A stretch of 64,000 nt of DNA, from contig CAVRUC010000009.1 of the NCBI GenBank assembly GCA_963724295.1, forward strand, positions 192,001-256,000, read 5' to 3'. The position numbers and the translations under genes are program-made. The stretch is from an uncultured Chloroflexia bacterium. GTDB lineage: Bacteria > Chloroflexota > Chloroflexia > Thermomicrobiales > UBA6265. The notes below the pieces were generated by a model. It ran no database searches. It was not told the origin of the DNA and worked only from the letters and a program-made list of their open reading frames with translations. The stretch's first letter is position 1. Every line of letters starts with the position of its first letter. Positions 1 to 11,826 of the stretch are shown one piece after another.

Positions 1-87
1 GCCGGGCCGGAACGTAAACCACTCCATAACGTGTCCGTACAGTCCCACGGATGCCCAACACGCCATGACCTTGCCGCGAGGAGGTCC

Positions 88-369
88 ATGATGCGGACCG
101 AGCCAAGTCACCCGACGGCCTATTGGCGGACGTTCTCTCAAGAGGCTAGGCCCCACCTCGGGGCCGAAATGAGGCCCCTGACCCCGGCGGAACGGATCGC
201 GCTGACGATTGCGTGTCTTAACCGCGGGCTCGACCTGATGGATAGGTTCGCTCGCGCCTCCCTGGCGGGGTGCGCGCGGGTGGCGGTTCGGGGGCATCAC
301 GTTGCGGATAGTGCTGATTATCCCGCCCAAGTTCGACCGACCAACACACGCCATTTCCTGACACGTTGA
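88..369 (+). CDS. small hypothetical protein (island-associated)
   Basis: ATG at 88 preceded by GAGGAGG RBS; no recognisable motif. Confidence 0.3.
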   Translation: MMRTEPSHPTAYWRTFSQEARPHLGAEMRPLTPAERIALTIACLNRGLDLMDRFARASLAGCARVAVRGHHVADSADYPAQVRPTNTRHFLTR

Positions 370-594
370 CCAGGTGCCGCTGATTACCCATCCGGATCCT
401 CGTGCGTGCGGCCTTGGTGCCCCGCAAGCCGTGCCGCCGCGAGTCTTCTGATCGCGGATGACCGCCGCCCGATCACGGTGGTTTCCGCTATGCGCGGCCA
501 CGCGCTAACCTCAACGACTCTGAACAACTACCCTCATGTCCTGCCGGAGTCGGAACGGCTCACAGCGGAGGCGATGGAGCGTCTCCTGGGATGA
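370..594 (+). pseudogene. tyrosine recombinase (phage integrase) C-terminal remnant
   Basis: AASLLIA..PITVVSAMRGHALTSTTLNNYPHVLP resembles integrase box II (LGH...T..Y.H); no intact HxxR motif or N-terminal domains upstream. Confidence 0.7.
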
Positions 595-790
595 CAATCT
601 CACCCAAGATTACATGGCATTCCTAGTCAGATCGCCGTGTGTTGCGCCTAAAGGGTCAGTTTGGATTGAGCGGCGCATTGCGAGCAATCGCGCGAAGCGA
701 CGCCAAGCGGCCCGAGACAACTCGTACTACATGTGGATGAGCGCACTGGCGACAGTGCCGGTTCGGGCTCATCATTCTGGGGTCGGAGTC

Positions 791-1684
791 ATGCGGGTTC
801 CTGATGAAATCCTGAAGTGCGTCGCGTTTGTTGGCTATGACGAGGCCGATGGGCGTCATCAGGCCGGCACCGCGTTCTTCTGTTCCCGGCAACTCACCGT
901 CCCGGGCCGCTTGGCTGTTTACGTCGTAACAGCCAAGCACGTAATCGATGGAATTCGGCAGTGCAGTATCAACGGCAAAGCCTACCTACGCATGAACTCC
1001 ACAAACGCTGGCCTGGTCGAGGTCGAAATTCCTTTGGATGCCTGGGTGTCCGATCCAGATGACCCCTACCTCGACGTTGCAGTTCTCTCTTGGGCGCCGC
1101 CTGAGGAAGTGATTGACTAACTCGTCATCCCAGACACCATGATCGCTACGGAAGACGTCATCCGCGACCGGGACATCGGTGTCGGTGACGACGCGTTTCT
1201 TACCGGGCTGTTCTCAAATCACTACGGGAGGGATCGGAACATCCCCATTGTTCGCGTGGGCAGCATTGCTGCGATGCCCGGAGAAAAAGTCGAGGTCGAT
1301 TTCTTTGGTACAGCAGTATTAATTGACGCCTACTTGTTAGAGGCAAGATCAATTGGCGGGCTCAGCGGATCACCCGTATTCGTGGTCACGAGCGGTTTTC
1401 GCGGCGGCGGTGTGATTCACGCGGGTCCTCAGTTTTATCTGTTGGGTCTGATGCGCGGCCATTGGGATGTCCGTTTGTCCGCGGCCGACGCGGTAATTAC
1501 TGATGAGCAACGGCGCGAAGCGGTCAATATGGGTATCGCTGTTGTTGTGCCGGCGTCCAAGATTCTAGACCTGACGAACCAGCCGAGGTTTGTTGAGCAG
1601 AGGCAGGCGGCTGAAGCCTCGCCCACGAACGAGATAGTTTCCGCGGCAGACCCGGGGATACCTTCTAACAGGAATGAGGAATAG
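791..1684 (+). pseudogene. trypsin-like serine protease, interrupted by in-frame TAA at 1118-1120
   Basis: GTAFF, VTAKH (His), DVAV (Asp), GGLSGSPVF (Ser); ORFs 536..1120 and 1139..1684 are in the same frame; no signal peptide seen. Confidence 0.75.
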
Positions 1685-1861
1685 CTAGGTTCGCGTCCCT
1701 ATCTCTATCCTCCGCCACCCTCGGTGACTTTCACTCACCACGTGCGTGCCCCTTGCTGGGCGTCCTCGTGCCGCCGTTCGGGCGTGAATTTAGCGGCGCG
1801 TGCCGGCCCATCCTTCACCCCACCGTGCTTCCCTGAGCTCAACGTCGCAAAAGGTCGCCAG

Positions 1862-1885
1862 CGCGTTGGGGTACGCGTTGGGATA
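1862..1885. repeat. tandem 12-bp direct repeat, possible integrase arm-type site
   Basis: CGCGTTGGGGTA / CGCGTTGGGATA, about 70 bp beyond the tRNA 3' end. Confidence 0.4.
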
Positions 1886-1955
1886 CAGACGCAGTACGGG
1901 TTGGAGCTCACGCCTAGGTCGTGCGATGACCGGCTTGGTTATGCCGTTTTCTGGG

Positions 1956-2028
1956 AGCCGACGAGGAGACTCGAACTCCTAACCTGCTGTTTACAAAACA
2001 GCTGCTCTGCCAATTGAGCTACGTCGGC
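1956..2028 (-). tRNA. tRNA-Thr(TGT)
   Basis: Reverse complement GCCGACG TAGCTCAATTGGCAGAGC A GCTGT-TTTGTAA-ACAGC AGGTT AGGAGTTCGAGTCTCCT CGTCGGC T folds as a cloverleaf with anticodon TGT. Confidence 0.95.
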
Positions 2029-2176
2029 GGCTGGCCTCGAGGGCGCTCGGCAACCCGGGGACCGTCGTCGACCTCGCGGAGCCCTGTTGCGCTTGTTGCT
2101 AGTATGCCATGCAACCGGGGGTGCATTGGCGCTCTCGCTCGTTGACACTCACGTTCGACAGACCCGAGGTACCCGT

Positions 2177-3122
2177 ATGCCGATCGCCGATCGAACCTTC
2201 CCAGCCACGCTCTCGCGTGACGAGCGGTGGCCAGCCCTGCCCCTCGAAGCCTGGGACGACACCCGGGAAACCCTGCACATGTGGACGCAGATCGTCGGCA
2301 AGCTCAATGTCGAACTCGCTCCGTTTCAGAACCAGCTCTGGCACACCGCCCTCCACCTCACGTCGCGTGGACTGACCACGCGGCCGCTCCCCTTCGGCGG
2401 CAGTGTCTTTCAGGTCGATTTCGACTTCATCGACCACAATCTCGCCATCTCCACCGGTGAAGGAGCGCGCAAGTTCATCCCCCTCTATCCCCGCAGCGTT
2501 GCGCACTTCTTCGACGAGTTGATGTCGTGCCTGAAGGCGATCGGGATCGAGGTTCAGATCAACACCACGCCGCAGGAGATCCTCAACCCGATTCCCTTTC
2601 GAGGAGGACACTGGCAACGCCAGCTACGACCCTGATGCGGTGAGCCGCTGGTTTCGTATTCTCACGTCGACTTCACGCGTCATGGCGGAGCACCGCTCCT
2701 GGTTTCGGGGCAAGGCCAGCCCGGTCCATTGGTTCTGGGGCTCGTTCGATCTCACCGTCACCCGGCACAACGGCGAGCTCGCTACCCCGCCACCAGGCGG
2801 ATACATCTACCGGGTCGCGGAAGATGAAGAGAACTGGGCCGGTGGGTTCTGGCCCGGCAGTGGTCCGGTCGACTATCCCGCGTTCTATGCCTACATGTAC
2901 CCGCAACCTGACGGGCTGCCGGAGGCCTCGATCGCGCCGGACGCGGCGTTCTGGAGCGCGGAGATGCGCGAGTTTCTGTTGCCATACGAGGCCGTGCGCA
3001 CCGCCGATGACCCGGAGGGCGCGTTGATGGCGTTCCTGCAGAGCACCTACGTCGCCAGCGCTGAGTTGGCGAGATGGAACCGCGAGAAGCTGGAGCTGCA
3101 AGCGATTCCCAGGCCGCGGTAA
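2177..3122 (+). CDS. DUF5996-family protein (frameshift ~2598)
   Basis: WPALP..W.DTRETLHMWTQIVGK, SRGLTT, F.GKASPVHWFWGSFDL, GFWPG, AFYAY.YP.P motifs across two frames; extra T in a T run. Confidence 0.8.
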
Positions 3123-3224
3123 TTGACAGTGGCGCGGGACATGGTAGCGTCGCCCATGCACCACCCCGCTCGAACCCACGGGACCCCGGACGGCCGGAGG
3201 GTCGCTTGCCGAGAAAGGCCGGAT

Positions 3225-4410
3225 ATGCATCCTGAGTTGACGCACATCCCCGTCTCACCGCGGACGCGCAATATCTTGCTCGCGATCGTGGCGGGACTGA
3301 TCCTCCTCATTTTCTGGAAAGCACCGACCCTACCCACGCTGCTCCTGACTGGTATGGCGGTGGCGCTCGTCCTCTCGTTCCCGGTGAAATACTCTGAGCA
3401 AGATCATCCCGCGCGGGATCGCCATCGCCATAGTAGTTCTCACCCTGGTCGCGATCCTCGTGGTTGGCGCGATTGTGCTCGTGCCGCTGGCCGTCGCCCA
3501 GCTCGCGAGTCTGGCGGAGCAAGCGCCGCGGCTGCTGGACGAAGCGTACGGATGGGCGCGCCGCGTGGTGGAGAATCTTGCAGCCCGGGGCCTCCTTGAG
3601 ACCACACCCGACGAGGCCATGGCGGACCTGCAGCGGACCGGCGCCCAACGCGTCGACGGATTGCTGGGAGACGTCGTCGCGCGGGCTTTCGACACCCTGT
3701 CCGGCACGGTTGGCGGGGTATTCACCACACTCAGCGTCATCCTGATCGCGGCCTATCTCCTGGCCGACGGCGAGCGATTCAGGCAGGGGACCATTCGCTT
3801 GCTTCCCGTGCAGTACCGAGACGACGCCCAGGTCCTCTTCTCTGACGTGGTGGAGGCGCTCTCTCGCTATCTCTCCGGTGTTCTCGTCTCCCTGACCTTC
3901 CAGGGGGTCGCCTCGACGATCGCGCTAACCGTCCTGGGGGTCCCCTTCGCGATCCTGCTCGGTATTTGGACGGCCTTCGGCGCCATCGTGCCCTTCATCG
4001 GGTCGTACATCGGTGGCATCCCCGCCACCATCGTCGCCTTCACGGTCTCTCCCACCACCGGCATTCTTACGGCGCTGACGTACGTGCTGATCAATTTCAT
4101 CGACGGCAATCTCATCGCACCACGAGTGCAGGGCAACGCGATCCGCGTCTCTCCGCTGTTCATCTTCCTGGCGGTCATCGCGGGCGGCCAGATTGCCGGC
4201 ATCTGGGGTGCCCTGATGGCGGTGCCGGCCCTGGCGGTGGCCAGGGTCGTCTTCGACTTCTTGATGGATCGGGTGGTGGTGGTGCCGCAAACGCTGGACC
4301 CCTTGCCGGTCGCCCTCGTGGAGCCCCCAAGCGACGCGTCGACGACGAGTCTCAAGGCGCTGAACGCCAGCGGGGCCGCGGCCGCCAGGGCAGCGACCCC
4401 GCGCAGCTGA
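3225..4410 (+). CDS. AI-2E (PerM) family transporter (frameshift ~3390)
   Basis: Multiple TM helices; IDGNLIAPRVQG..IRVSPLFIFLAVIAGG.IAGIWGAL.AVP signature. Confidence 0.85.
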
Positions 4411-4516
4411 TGCGGTCGAATCGCCAGAAACGACGGAGACCCGCGAGCAAATGTTCGCGGGTCTCCGTCGTTTCTCAAACGTTGGGTCAAGCGCCGTCCG
4501 TCTGGATTTGGCTCGA

Positions 4517-4873
4517 TCAGCCCAGGCCGTTCACCAAACCCGTCACGTTGCCGGCTGGATCGGTAAACAGCGCAATCGTGAAGTCGCCCATGTCGGTCAC
4601 TGGCATGACCACAGTGGCGCCCAGGCGCTCGGCCTTGTCGAGGTAGGCCTGCATGTCGTCGACCGCGGCATAAACCGTGACACGACCGCCGGCGGCGCCA
4701 TCCTCGTTCCCGGCAATGCCGCCGTCGATGCCACCCTCGCCACCCGTCTTAACCACGCCGTACTGCCACTCATTGTTGGCGTCGATCTTCCAGTCGAATA
4801 GCTCCCGATAAAAGTTCTGAAGCGCGGATCCATCCGCGCCGGTGATTTCGAAATGCACGACCGGATTTGGCAC
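4517..4873 (-). CDS. VOC family (glyoxalase/bleomycin-resistance) protein
   Basis: PVVHFEI..D...LQNFY.ELFDW, GGIDGGI, V.D....L.KAE.LG, F.DPAGN. Confidence 0.9.
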   Translation of the reverse strand: MPNPVVHFEITGADGSALQNFYRELFDWKIDANNEWQYGVVKTGGEGGIDGGIAGNEDGAAGGRVTVYAAVDDMQAYLDKAERLGATVVMPVTDMGDFTIALFTDPAGNVTGLVNGLG

Positions 4874-4929
4874 GACAACACTCCTCTCCGGATAACCGGC
4901 TCGATACGAGGGGCTCGCATGCGGGGAGA

Positions 4930-4941
4930 GAACATATGTTC
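4930..4941. promoter_or_regulatory. LexA (SOS) box, GAAC-N4-GTTC type
   Basis: GAACATATGTTC, exact consensus, just downstream of a minus-strand promoter for the VOC gene. Confidence 0.75.
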
Positions 4942-4948
4942 GCTATGT

Positions 4949-4976
4949 AGCCTATCACGCTGTGTCGAGATGTCAA
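4949..4976 (-). promoter_or_regulatory. sigma70-type promoter of the VOC gene
   Basis: Minus strand TTGACA-N16-TAGGCT with TG extended -10. Confidence 0.65.
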
Positions 4977-5064
4977 TATGCTAGCGCTGAGATCGCCTCG
5001 TCCGTCGCGCCTAACCCTGTGTCCGTTGCCCGTCTTGCGTCGACCTGAGCCCGACCGCGGTCGC

Positions 5065-6148
5065 TCAGGCCGCCATCGCGGCGATGATGGCGTCGGTCAT
5101 GCCGGTCGTGGTCGCCGCCTTGCTGGGGTCGCGGTCCTGGCGCAGGTCGTAGGTGACGTCCTTGCCGGTAGCGATTACCTCCGCCACGGCGCCTTCGACG
5201 CGCTCCGCCGCCGCGCGTTCGCCCATGTGCCGCAGCATCAACGCCCCGGACAGGATCATGGCCGTGGGGTTGGCTTCGTTCTTGCCGGCGTGGCTGGGAG
5301 CACTGCCGTGGATGGCCTCGAAGACGGCGCTGTCGGGGCCGATGTTCCCGCTGGGGGCCAACCCTAGCCCGCCGACCATGCCCGCCACCAGATCGCTGAC
5401 GATGTCGCCGTAGAGGTTCGGCATCACTAGGACGTCGTACTCCTGCGGTTTCTGCATGAGCTGCATGCACATGTTGTCGACGATACGGTCATTGAATGCG
5501 ATGTCGGGGTAGCGCTCGGCGACGGCCTGCGCCTCGCGCAGGAAGAGCCCGTCGGTAAATTTCATGATGTTGGCCTTGTGCACGGCGGTGACCTGCTTGC
5601 GACCGTTGGCCCGCGCGTACTCGAAGGCATACTCGACGATGCGGCGGGAATTCTCCGGGGTGATCAATTTGATCGACAGCGCCGCGTTCGGTTCGATTTG
5701 GCGTTTTGATCGGGCGTTGATCGCCTCGATCATCTCGGCCGCTTCAGGTGTGCCGGTGTCGAACTCGATCCCGGTGTACATCCCCTCCAGGTTCTCGCGC
5801 ACCACCACCAGGTCGATGTCACGAAAGACGCTCTGCACGCCCGGCAGCGACTTGCCGGGCCGCAGATTGGCGTAGAGACCGAGCGCTTGCCGCAACCCGA
5901 CGTTCACGCTGCGGAACCCGCTGCCGATCGGGGTCGTCATTGGCCCCTTCAGCCCGATGGTGTTGCGCCGCAACGAGGCGAGGGTCTCCTCCGGCAGCAC
6001 GTCGCCCTGGCTCTCCAGCGCGGTCAGCCCCGCCTCCCGCACCTCCCACTCGATCGCCACACCCGATCGCGTCGATCACGCGCCGCGCTGCCTCCGACAC
6101 CTCCGGACCGATGCCGTCGCCGGGAATCAAGGTCACCTGGTACGCCAT
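5065..6148 (-). CDS. isocitrate/isopropylmalate dehydrogenase family protein (frameshift ~6062)
   Basis: [64 protein letters not shown]. Confidence 0.9.
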
Positions 6149-6221
6149 TGCCTCGCCTCTTCCCCATGATGCACATTCGTTCGCTTTCGATCATTGTCGC
6201 ACCGGCCAGCGGTGACGCGAT

Positions 6222-6786
6222 TCAGAGATCGAACAACGCCGCCAGATCGATCTCGACGCCGCGGAGCGCCGTTGGACTGACGATGCCGTCGCGGTACACA
6301 GACTGCTCATACCTGCCATTGGGCTGGCGACGCCAAGCGGTAAGTGTCCGCTCGTAGGGATGGATACGCCAGATTCTCCAGATCACCGCGCTGCTGGTAG
6401 ACCGCTAGTTTTTCCTCGACGTCATAATCCCCTGTCGAGCGGGACCAGACCTCAACGACGAGTGGCAGCGGCTGGTCGTACACCTCGAGGACATCCTGCT
6501 GGTCGAGGAGCGGGGTGACGAGCGCCGTCGGAATGACGAAGACATCGGGGATAAAATAGGTCGCTTCGGGTCGGCGCACCCGTCCGGCGTCGACCCGCAC
6601 CTGGAAGACCGACCAGTCGAGCTGAGACATCAGCATGTGGCCGAGTTTCACTTCCAACCAGTTATGAGCAGACGTCATCGCCGGTTTCTCACGTAGGTGC
6701 CCATCGCGCAGCTCCCACTTGCGGTCCGGCTCCGCCAGCGCTCGTCGCTCGTATGTCTCACCGCTGATTCGTGTTTCAATCGCCAT
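6222..6786 (-). CDS. Uma2 family (PD-(D/E)xK) endonuclease (frameshift ~6375)
   Basis: WEL.DG.L..KP, YFIPDVFV, PLVVEVWS.ST..YD...K...Y. Confidence 0.85.
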
Positions 6787-6960
6787 GCTCGCCTCCCGGC
6801 AGTGCTGCGCGGCACGCCAAGCCGGTCTCTAGTGTACGCTCGTGTGATCGGCAACCCGCGGCTGCAATGACTGAGATTCTGAACCTACCGGCCATCCGCG
6901 TTCGACGGCGAGAGGCATGACGGCAACCGGCGAACCATCGAGCTTCGAGCTGATGGGCAC

Positions 6961-8545
6961 GTGACAAGCGGAATGGGCCGGCCCAAGCGGCCTCGGGGTC
7001 CGGTCGTCCTGGTGATCCTCGACGGCTGGGGTATCGGCCGCGACGAACCGGGCAACGCCGTGCTCCATGCCCGAACCCCGACGATGGACCGCCTCTGGGC
7101 TGACTATCCGCACGCGACCCTGCTCACCTCCGGTGAGGCTGTCGGGCTGCCGGCGGGCCAGATGGGGAATTCCGAGGTTGGTCACACGAATATCGGCGCC
7201 GGCTTCGTCGTCTATCAATGGCTGACCCGTATCGACCTGGCTGTCGAAAACGGGGAATTGGCGGCGAACCCGGCGTTGAACCGGGCGATCGCGCGTGCGG
7301 TCGACAATGGCGGCACGCTCCACCTGCTGGGGCTGGTCAGCGATGGCGGGGTGCACTCCCACATCCAGCACCTGATGGCGCTCCTGCGGCTCGCGAATGC
7401 TCATGGGTTACCCGCCGATCGCTTGGTCGTGCACGCCTTCACCGACGGCCGTGACACCGCTCCCGATAGCGGGCTCGGCTTCCTCATGGACCTGGAGCGG
7501 GCGATGGCGGGCATCGGCGTCGGCCGCGTGGGAACGGTCTCCGGGCGCTACTACGCCATGGACCGCGACCACCGCTGGCAGCGCACCCAGCGGGCCTATG
7601 ACGCGATCGTCCATGGCAGTGGGGAGCGCGCCGGGTCAGCCCAGGAAGCCGTCAGCCGCGCCTACGCCGCCGGGATCACTGACGAGTTCATCCCACCGAC
7701 GGTGATCGACGACGGCTCGGGTCCCGCCACGATCCGTCCCAATGACAGCGCGATCTTCTTCAACTTCCGCGCCGATCGCGGGCGGCAGCTCTCGGAAGCG
7801 CTCGTCGGTGAAGCGTTTGGAGGGTGGGAGCGGGGTCCGCGCGTTCCTGGTCTGCTGCTCGTGACCATGGCCCGCTATGAAGACGGATTGGAGGCGGAGG
7901 TTGCCTTTGCGCCGATGGACGTCACCAATCCCCTGGCACGAGTGGTGAGCGAGGCCGGGCTGGCGCAATTCCACGCCGCGGAGACGGAGAAATACCCCCA
8001 CGTCACCTTCTTCCTCAATGGCGGGCGGGAGGAGCCGTTCCCCGGCGAAAGCCGCGTGCTGGTTCCCTCGCCGAAGGTCGCCACCTACGATCTACAGCCT
8101 GAGATGAGCGCGCCCGAGCTGACCGACGTGATCGTCGGCGCCATCGAGAGCGGGCAATATCAGCTGATCGTCGTCAACTACGCCAACGGCGACATGGTCG
8201 GCCACACCGGGGTTTTTGACGCAGCCGTCGCCGCCATCGAGACGGTTGACACCTGCTCTGGCGAGGGTGATCGCCGCAATTCTCGAACGCGACGGAGTGG
8301 CGCTGGTGACCGCCGACCACGGCAATGCCGAGGAGATGATCGACCGCGAGAGCGGCGCGCCGATGACCGCGCACACGACCAACCCGGTGCCGGTGGTCCT
8401 GGTCACCCCGGATGACCATCCCCTGCGGCACGCTCGATTACGCCAGGGCGGTCGCCTCAGCGCCGTGGCGCCGACGCTGCTCGCCCTGATGGGCGTCACC
8501 GTGCCGGACTCCATGACCGAGCCAGCGCTGCTGTCCGAGAGTTAG
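6961..8545 (+). CDS. gpmI: 2,3-bisphosphoglycerate-independent phosphoglycerate mutase (frameshift ~8255)
   Basis: [62 protein letters not shown]. Confidence 0.95.
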
Positions 8546-8557
8546 GCAGTCCTCGGC

Positions 8558-9304
8558 CTACGCATGCGCGTCGATCCGGGCGCGCCGCTCCTGGGTCACC
8601 AACTGATGCGCGAGCCGCGTCGGCTCAGGCAGGAACGCGCCATTGCGGCAGCAAGCGAGGGTGAGCTCAACCGCGGTTTCGACGCTCACCTTGTGGCCCG
8701 GCGAGACGAAGAGCGGCTTGTGCCTGGGGCGGGTGCGAACTGCGGCCCCGACCACCTCACCGCGATCGACGAGCGGCGTGAAGTCGCCGAAGGTGCGCTC
8801 CGGTTCTTCGTACTCGCCGATGAGCCGGCTCTTGGCGCACCCGATGGTTGGCCGTTCCAGGATGACCCCCAGGTGCGAGGCGAGCCCGAAGCGGCGGGGG
8901 TGGGCATACCCCTGACCGTCGCACAGAACCACGTCCGGCTCGACGGTGAGATCGGCGTAGGCGGCAATGACCGCGGGCGCCTCGCGGAACGAGAGCAGCC
9001 CCGGCACGTAGGGAAACGCGATCGGCTGCCAGGTGATGGCTGTGTCGATGACCTCCATGTCCGGGAAGCTGAGAACGACGACCACTGCACCGGCGATGGT
9101 CTTGCCCTCTTCTGTGACATAGGTATTGTCGATGCCGGCGACCAACGTGATCGCGTCCAGAGACATCCCGTCGGACAGGTCGACTCGTCCCGCGAGGTCG
9201 GCCTGGATATTCCTGGCCTCGGTGGGAGAAACGTCCCACGCATGCAGGTTCAGGGTTGCCTTTCCCGGATCAGCGACTCGATCGTGGTGGCGAGAACGAT
9301 TCAC
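8558..9304 (-). CDS. nfi: endonuclease V (deoxyinosine 3' endonuclease)
   Basis: AGID, FPYVPGLLSFREAP, DGQGYAHPRRFGLASHLG, GCAKSRL, SPGH, LPEPTR.AH; start estimated. Confidence 0.92.
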   Translation of the reverse strand: MNRSRHHDRVADPGKATLNLHAWDVSPTEARNIQADLAGRVDLSDGMSLDAITLVAGIDNTYVTEEGKTIAGAVVVVLSFPDMEVIDTAITWQPIAFPYVPGLLSFREAPAVIAAYADLTVEPDVVLCDGQGYAHPRRFGLASHLGVILERPTIGCAKSRLIGEYEEPERTFGDFTPLVDRGEVVGAAVRTRPRHKPLFVSPGHKVSVETAVELTLACCRNGAFLPEPTRLAHQLVTQERRARIDAHA

Positions 9305-9332
9305 GTCGTCCCAGCTTGAGCCGGTTGCGGCG

Positions 9333-9713
9333 CTACACAGGAGAGCGGGTACCGGAGTCCACGGCGCGAGCTGGCGTTGCTTGCGAGCTGGCGGTGACCG
9401 CAAGCTCGAAGAGGCCAAGACCGAGGTGCGGGGTCGACGTCTCCTCGGCGAATCCGAAGAGCCACGGCGAGGCGGCAAGGAGCGCCCCGTTCGCCGCGTC
9501 GAGGGCGAGGTGCATCGGCATCGGGATGACCTTGAACAGACCGAGCTCGTAGTCCGTGAGCAGGCTGTAGCCGATCGTGCCAACGCCAAGCGCTACCGGG
9601 AGCCATCGCTGCATGCCATGTTGACGAAAGTTCAGCACCGAGGGCGCGGCGATGAGCACACCAGCCGTCAGGTAGTCGAGTACGCCGTGAACCCGGGTTG
9701 GTATGAAGCGCAT
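9333..9713 (-). CDS. SPW-repeat membrane protein
   Basis: IPTRVHGVLDY, YSLLTDYELG...IPM..HL.LD, ASPWLFGF. Confidence 0.8.
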   Translation of the reverse strand: MRFIPTRVHGVLDYLTAGVLIAAPSVLNFRQHGMQRWLPVALGVGTIGYSLLTDYELGLFKVIPMPMHLALDAANGALLAASPWLFGFAEETSTPHLGLGLFELAVTASSQATPARAVDSGTRSPV

Positions 9714-9934
9714 AGGACCGATCTCCACCTGAAACCTGAACGAGAAGCGACAGCCGTCAGGCATTGGACCCGACCGCTGGAAACATCCTTCGTTCCCAGT
9801 CCGCAATTTGCATTCCAGCGATGCCGTAACCCGGATGGCCGTCTCCAGGCCAACGGTCGCGGGTTGCCCATCGGTGCCCCCGAATGGAGAACGTCCCGCC
9901 CCAAATCGCCCCGGTGTCCGGTACGATTCGCGAC

Positions 9935-11504
<1,570 letters not shown>

Positions 11505-11507
11505 AGA

Positions 11508-11547
11508 GACGGCAGACGGCAAGACGGCAAGACGGCAAGACGGCAAG
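11508..11547. repeat. tandem octamer repeat (GACGGCAA)n
   Basis: gacggca gacggcaa gacggcaa gacggcaa gacggcaa immediately after the carboxylase stop. Confidence 0.85.
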
Positions 11548-11554
11548 TCAGCTC

Positions 11555-11578
11555 GTAGGGGCGACGCCTGCGTCGCCC
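11555..11578. repeat. GTAG-type REP palindrome, copy 1
   Basis: GTAG-GGGCGACGC-CT-GCGTCGCCC; second copy at 46474. Confidence 0.75.
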
Positions 11579-11637
11579 GGGTAGCCGAACCACGTATTGA
11601 CCGAGGATCGGCACGCGCCAATCTCATTGATCCGGCA

Positions 11638-11826
11638 ATGATCGAAATTCGGCCGGAGCCTTCGCCTGCCGAGCGAGCGGCCATTCTGATCGCGTTGGAA
11701 CAGTTGCTCGGCAATACCGCGCCGCGACGAGGCTCCTCGGCTTTCCGCCTGGGCGCATGCCGGGCGCCGCGAGTCGTTGCTGAACAGCGGTGCCGGCTCT
11801 CGCACCGGGTGGGGACGAGACAGTGA
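11638..11826 (+). CDS. putative acyl-CoA carboxylase epsilon-like small protein
   Basis: IRPEPSPAERAAILIAL directly after the beta subunit; 3' part may be frameshifted. Confidence 0.45.
   Translation: MIEIRPEPSPAERAAILIALEQLLGNTAPRRGSSAFRLGACRAPRVVAEQRCRLSHRVGTRQ

Noticed and set aside
1118..1120. Stop-codon recoding (Sec/Pyl or alternative genetic code) in the protease gene
   Set aside because: The codon is TAA, not TGA or TAG, and TAA terminates other genes normally in this window.
4445..4458. SOS-box-like GAGCAAATGTTC
   Set aside because: One mismatch to the consensus, and it lies between convergent gene ends with no promoter to control.
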